Assembly: GCA_963666215.2 (NCBI GenBank)
Contig: CAXWPL010000004.1
Span: 256,001-320,000, forward strand
Source: Acidobacteriota bacterium
GTDB taxonomy: Bacteria; Acidobacteriota; UBA890; WLXD01
Length of the DNA: 64,000 bases
Direction of reading: 5' to 3'
Part shown: one piece after another, positions 60,553 through 64,000 of the stretch
How the letters are laid out: each line of letters starts with the position of its first letter
Numbering within the stretch: the stretch's first letter is position 1
The notes under the pieces: generated by a model
Databases searched by the model: none
What the model was told of the DNA's origin: nothing
The model's input: only the letters and a program-made list of their open reading frames with translations
Made by a program: the position numbers and the translations under genes

Positions 60553-61502
60553 GCATCTCCAAGGAAGTCATGGGTGACTCCCGCACGGTGGAACCGGCGC
60601 ACGCTGTGGATCAACCCGAGACCGCTGCCGGCATGACTTCGGGGCGACTCGTGGCAGCCCAGATCCTGACGCTAATTGGCTACTCCTTCCGTGAGGCGCG
60701 CCACAAATGGACGCTCATCGCGACGACGGCGGCGACCACCGTGTTCCTGATTGTGCTGCCGGTCGTCTTCAACCTCGACATCGTTGAAGGAACAATCGCC
60801 TCGGCGCGCTTGATGAGCGGCTTCGAGGTCGACTTCGGTGGCATCAGGGTGAGCGACCTTGTGGTGCGAATCCAACAGGTAATCGCCGTTGTGCTGAACT
60901 CGTTCGGCATCATGTTGGCGCTCTTCATCACTGGAAACGTGATCCCGCGCACACTCACCGTGGGCTGGGGCGACCTACTGATGGCGCAGCCAATCGCCCG
61001 GCCAACGCTCATCGTGGGCCGCACGCTCGGCGCTATCGGGGTGGTCACTGCCAACCTCGCGTACCTGGTGCTGGGAAGCTGGGCGATCCTCACCTGGAAA
61101 ACCGGCTTCGGCAACGCTGGCTTCCTCAGCGCTGGATTCCTGATCCTTGTGACCTACGTCGCCTGCTACGCCGGCATGGTGCTCGTGGGCGTGATGACCC
61201 GCAGCAGCCCGGTAAGCGTGGTTGCCGGCATGTTCATCTGGTTCGTCGGCGTGCCGCTCAACGGACTCCACTACTATGAGGACTGGCGCTTCGCGCTTCG
61301 CGCCGGATGGGCGCGAACGCTTGGCGAAGGCATCGTCGACAGCTTGTACTGGATCATGCCGAAGACCGGCGAACTGGCTGTGGGAGTGGCCGCGGCCGCC
61401 CAGGCCGAGACGTTCTCGCTCAGCCCGGTGCTGTGGTCCCTACCCTTCGCCATCGGATGTATTGGGTTGGCCTGCTTGTGGGTTTCCCGTCAGGATTACT
61501 AG
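60549..61502 (+). CDS. ABC-2 type permease
   Basis: FREARHK, LLMAQPIAR, about 6 TM segments; ATGA coupling. Confidence 0.85.
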   Translation: MSISKEVMGDSRTVEPAHAVDQPETAAGMTSGRLVAAQILTLIGYSFREARHKWTLIATTAATTVFLIVLPVVFNLDIVEGTIASARLMSGFEVDFGGIRVSDLVVRIQQVIAVVLNSFGIMLALFITGNVIPRTLTVGWGDLLMAQPIARPTLIVGRTLGAIGVVTANLAYLVLGSWAILTWKTGFGNAGFLSAGFLILVTYVACYAGMVLVGVMTRSSPVSVVAGMFIWFVGVPLNGLHYYEDWRFALRAGWARTLGEGIVDSLYWIMPKTGELAVGVAAAAQAETFSLSPVLWSLPFAIGCIGLACLWVSRQDY

Positions 61503-61642
61503 TTTGGACGGCCGCAAGAGCGGCGGTGATGCCGCGAACCGAATCCAGATCCGAAGAAACGCCGTACTGAAACAACGAAGCTCACACCAACAACCGACAG
61601 GCGAAACGCAACATCGATCCCGCCTGTCGAGGAGATCCCGAG

Positions 61643-62740
61643 ATGATGACTACACGATTCGCGCGGCTGCGCAGCCCGCTACTCGCAATCGGCCCGCTCA
61701 TGCTGCTCGGGTTGGCGTGTCCAGCGAGCAACACGCCCGCCTCCAGCGAGAGCTCCCGTGGAAGTAGCGAGACAGCTCCGCAGGGAGACCTGATCGCACT
61801 TCTCCCGGCCGACGCCGCCACCATCGGCTGGATCGACCTCGAGCAGCTGCGCACGAGCTCGCTGTTCAGCATGTTCGTCAGCGACGACGGCCGTCTCTCG
61901 AGCTCCGAGGATCTCAACGAATTCATTACTGAGACCGGCATCGACCCGCGCAACGACCTGCATCGGATGGCGTTCGTCTTTGGCAACCCCACGCAGCCGG
62001 GCAGCTGGGAGCAAGGCGGCTTCGTGGTCCAGGCGACGTTCGACGCTGGCATGGCCCGCGAGAAGCTGGCCGAGCTGCCGACGGAGGAGTACGGCGGGAG
62101 CACCATCTACCACATCGCCGGCTGGCAACAACGCCGCGGCGATGACGACGCGACCAACCCCGAAGACGAGGAAACCGACATCGACGTCGAGGGCTTCGTC
62201 ACGCTGCTCGACGACCAAACGGTGGCGTTCGGCAGCGCCTCCGCCCTGCGAGGCATTATCGATGTGGCCAGCGGCGGTGCCGCTTCGGCACGCTCGAACA
62301 GCCGCCTCATGTCGCTGCTCGAGGACGTCACGGCGGGAAGCCAGCTATGGTTCGTATCTGCTCACGACGACATGTTCACCGACTTGCCCGCCGGCGATGA
62401 CAATCCCATGTCGCAGCTGCCATGGGACAAGATCAAGTCGCTGATCGTGGCGGCCAACCTCGCCGACGGCATCGACTTGAAACTGCGCGGCAGGACGGCT
62501 TCGAAACAAGATGCCAAGCTGCTGGGCGACTCGCTCAACGGCATGCTGGCTCTGGGCAAGATGATGCTGCAAAGCAACGACCCGGCCCTTTTCGAAATTC
62601 TCGACGCTGGCGTCGAAGCCGGCAGCAACGGGCAGGACGTCACCGTCCGGGCGGAGCTTTCTCTCGAGGACATTCAGGCCATACAGGCGTTCGTCGAGAC
62701 ACAGTTCGGCGAGGCGATGAGCGGTCGCGAGGCTGCGTAG
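61643..62740 (+). CDS. putative lipoprotein (DUF3352-like)
   Basis: Lipobox-like GLAC; LLPADA..IDL, TGIDPRNDL; GGAG RBS. Confidence 0.7.
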   Translation: MMTTRFARLRSPLLAIGPLMLLGLACPASNTPASSESSRGSSETAPQGDLIALLPADAATIGWIDLEQLRTSSLFSMFVSDDGRLSSSEDLNEFITETGIDPRNDLHRMAFVFGNPTQPGSWEQGGFVVQATFDAGMAREKLAELPTEEYGGSTIYHIAGWQQRRGDDDATNPEDEETDIDVEGFVTLLDDQTVAFGSASALRGIIDVASGGAASARSNSRLMSLLEDVTAGSQLWFVSAHDDMFTDLPAGDDNPMSQLPWDKIKSLIVAANLADGIDLKLRGRTASKQDAKLLGDSLNGMLALGKMMLQSNDPALFEILDAGVEAGSNGQDVTVRAELSLEDIQAIQAFVETQFGEAMSGREAA

Positions 62741-62804
62741 CACGCTCTGCGACCCTCTGGGACGTAGAACGCAAGGTGGGCGGAGGCACGCCCACCGCTG
62801 CCTG

Positions 62805-64000
62805 TCAGTTGGTTGGCCGGCGCGCAGCCAGCAGCACCAGCATGTCGTAGAGCATACGCGGCGCCTCGATCACGGCCTCTACGCTCAAGCGTTCGTCGTT
62901 ACCATGCGCCGGGCCGTCGCCGGTGCGACCGACAATCGGCGACCAGCCGTAGGCGACGATACCTGCCTCACGGAAGAAGTGGCTGTCGGTGAAGCCACCG
63001 AGGACTGTCGGAACAACCAACGCGTTGGCGTCGTGCTCACGGGCCGCCTCTTCTATTGCGCGCCAGAGTGCGGTGTCGCGCGGCGACGCCGAGGGCTGGA
63101 AGCGCAGAATCGTCTCGATCTCCACGTCGTCGTCGTCGATGACCTCGCGCAGCGTGGCGATGAACAGATCCGGGTTCTCTCCCGGCAGCAGGCGGCAATC
63201 AAGCTCGGCCGTTGCCTCGGGCGATATCACGTTGGTCTTGTTGGAGCCGGTGAGCGCGGTGATCGAAATCGTATTTCGCAGCAGAGGCCCGAACCGCTGA
63301 TCGATGGAGGCGAGAAAGGCCGGGTCGCCGATGCTGCGCTCTACGGCCAGCAGCGCCGCCGCTCGCCCAGGGTCGGTCTCGAGCGCTGCGCTCGATCGCA
63401 GCGCCTCGGCCACCGGCGGAACCAGGCGGATTTGTGAGCGGAACGTGCGCACACGATCCAGGGCGCGGACGAGCCGGTTGGCGGCCGAATCGGCGATTGG
63501 ACGCGAGCCGTGTCCGGCAACCCCAGTAGCCTTCAGGCGTAGCCACAGAGGCGTTTTCTGCGTGGTTTCGATGTTGTGCACCATGCGCCCTTCGGCGCGG
63601 AAAGTAGATCCCCCTTCGGTGAGCGCGAATTCAACCCCGTCGATGAGGTCGCGTCGCTTTTCGACAATGTATCCAGCGCCCTCGAAGCCACCGGTCTCCT
63701 CCGCGGCCGTGCCCAGAAACATCACGTCACGACCGAGTGGTACGCCGGCTCGATGCAACGCCAGCATGGCCGCCAGCTGCACCGCGGCGTCGGCCTTCAT
63801 GTCGGTGACACCGCGACCATAAATGCGACCGTCGCGGATGACACCGCTCAGGGGCTCGACACTCCAATAGCGGGGGTCGGCGGGCACCACGTCCATGTGA
63901 TTGAGCAGGACGACGTGACCACCACGACTGCCGTCGCCCGCCAGTCGCGCCACGATATTGCCGCGGCCGGGCTCGCTCTCGAAGACCTCGAATGGGATTC
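62805..64000 (-). CDS. M20 peptidase/aminoacylase-like (5'-partial)
   Basis: PGRGNIVARL, NHMDVVP, GRGVTDMK, AEETGG, GHGS, GFTDS, HGNDE; frame runs off the window. Confidence 0.92.
   Translation of the reverse strand, partial: IPFEVFESEPGRGNIVARLAGDGSRGGHVVLLNHMDVVPADPRYWSVEPLSGVIRDGRIYGRGVTDMKADAAVQLAAMLALHRAGVPLGRDVMFLGTAAEETGGFEGAGYIVEKRRDLIDGVEFALTEGGSTFRAEGRMVHNIETTQKTPLWLRLKATGVAGHGSRPIADSAANRLVRALDRVRTFRSQIRLVPPVAEALRSSAALETDPGRAAALLAVERSIGDPAFLASIDQRFGPLLRNTISITALTGSNKTNVISPEATAELDCRLLPGENPDLFIATLREVIDDDDVEIETILRFQPSASPRDTALWRAIEEAAREHDANALVVPTVLGGFTDSHFFREAGIVAYGWSPIVGRTGDGPAHGNDERLSVEAVIEAPRMLYDMLVLLAARRPTN

Overview
High-GC bacterial chromosomal window. The PadR + duplicated orphan permease pair, VPS10/BNR hydrolase, ASPIC/UnbV protein and DUF5107-TPR protein suggest Acidobacteriota, but this is an inference. 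Intact content includes an M14 peptidase, GST, a TPP-riboswitch-controlled operon (TonB receptor, Pnu transporter, NadR-type kinase), 5-oxoprolinase pxpABC, a PQQ dehydrogenase/cytochrome c/TolB fusion, a complete ccmA-I cytochrome c maturation operon, two M20 hydrolases, cspA, GlnRS-YqeY, TetR with its operator, lysine 6-aminotransferase, an atypical IscU and ABC exporters. About a dozen accessory genes are broken by truncation, internal deletion, inversion, frameshift, nonsense codons or an IS21-end scar. This indicates either ongoing genome erosion or amplification/assembly chimerism. The best candidate for an under-described system is the thiamine uptake operon, in which a stand-alone NadR-like kinase replaces the usual thiamine kinase or pyrophosphokinase. 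No CRISPR array, rRNA or intact tRNA was seen. All calls come from motif recognition by eye; no database searches were run.
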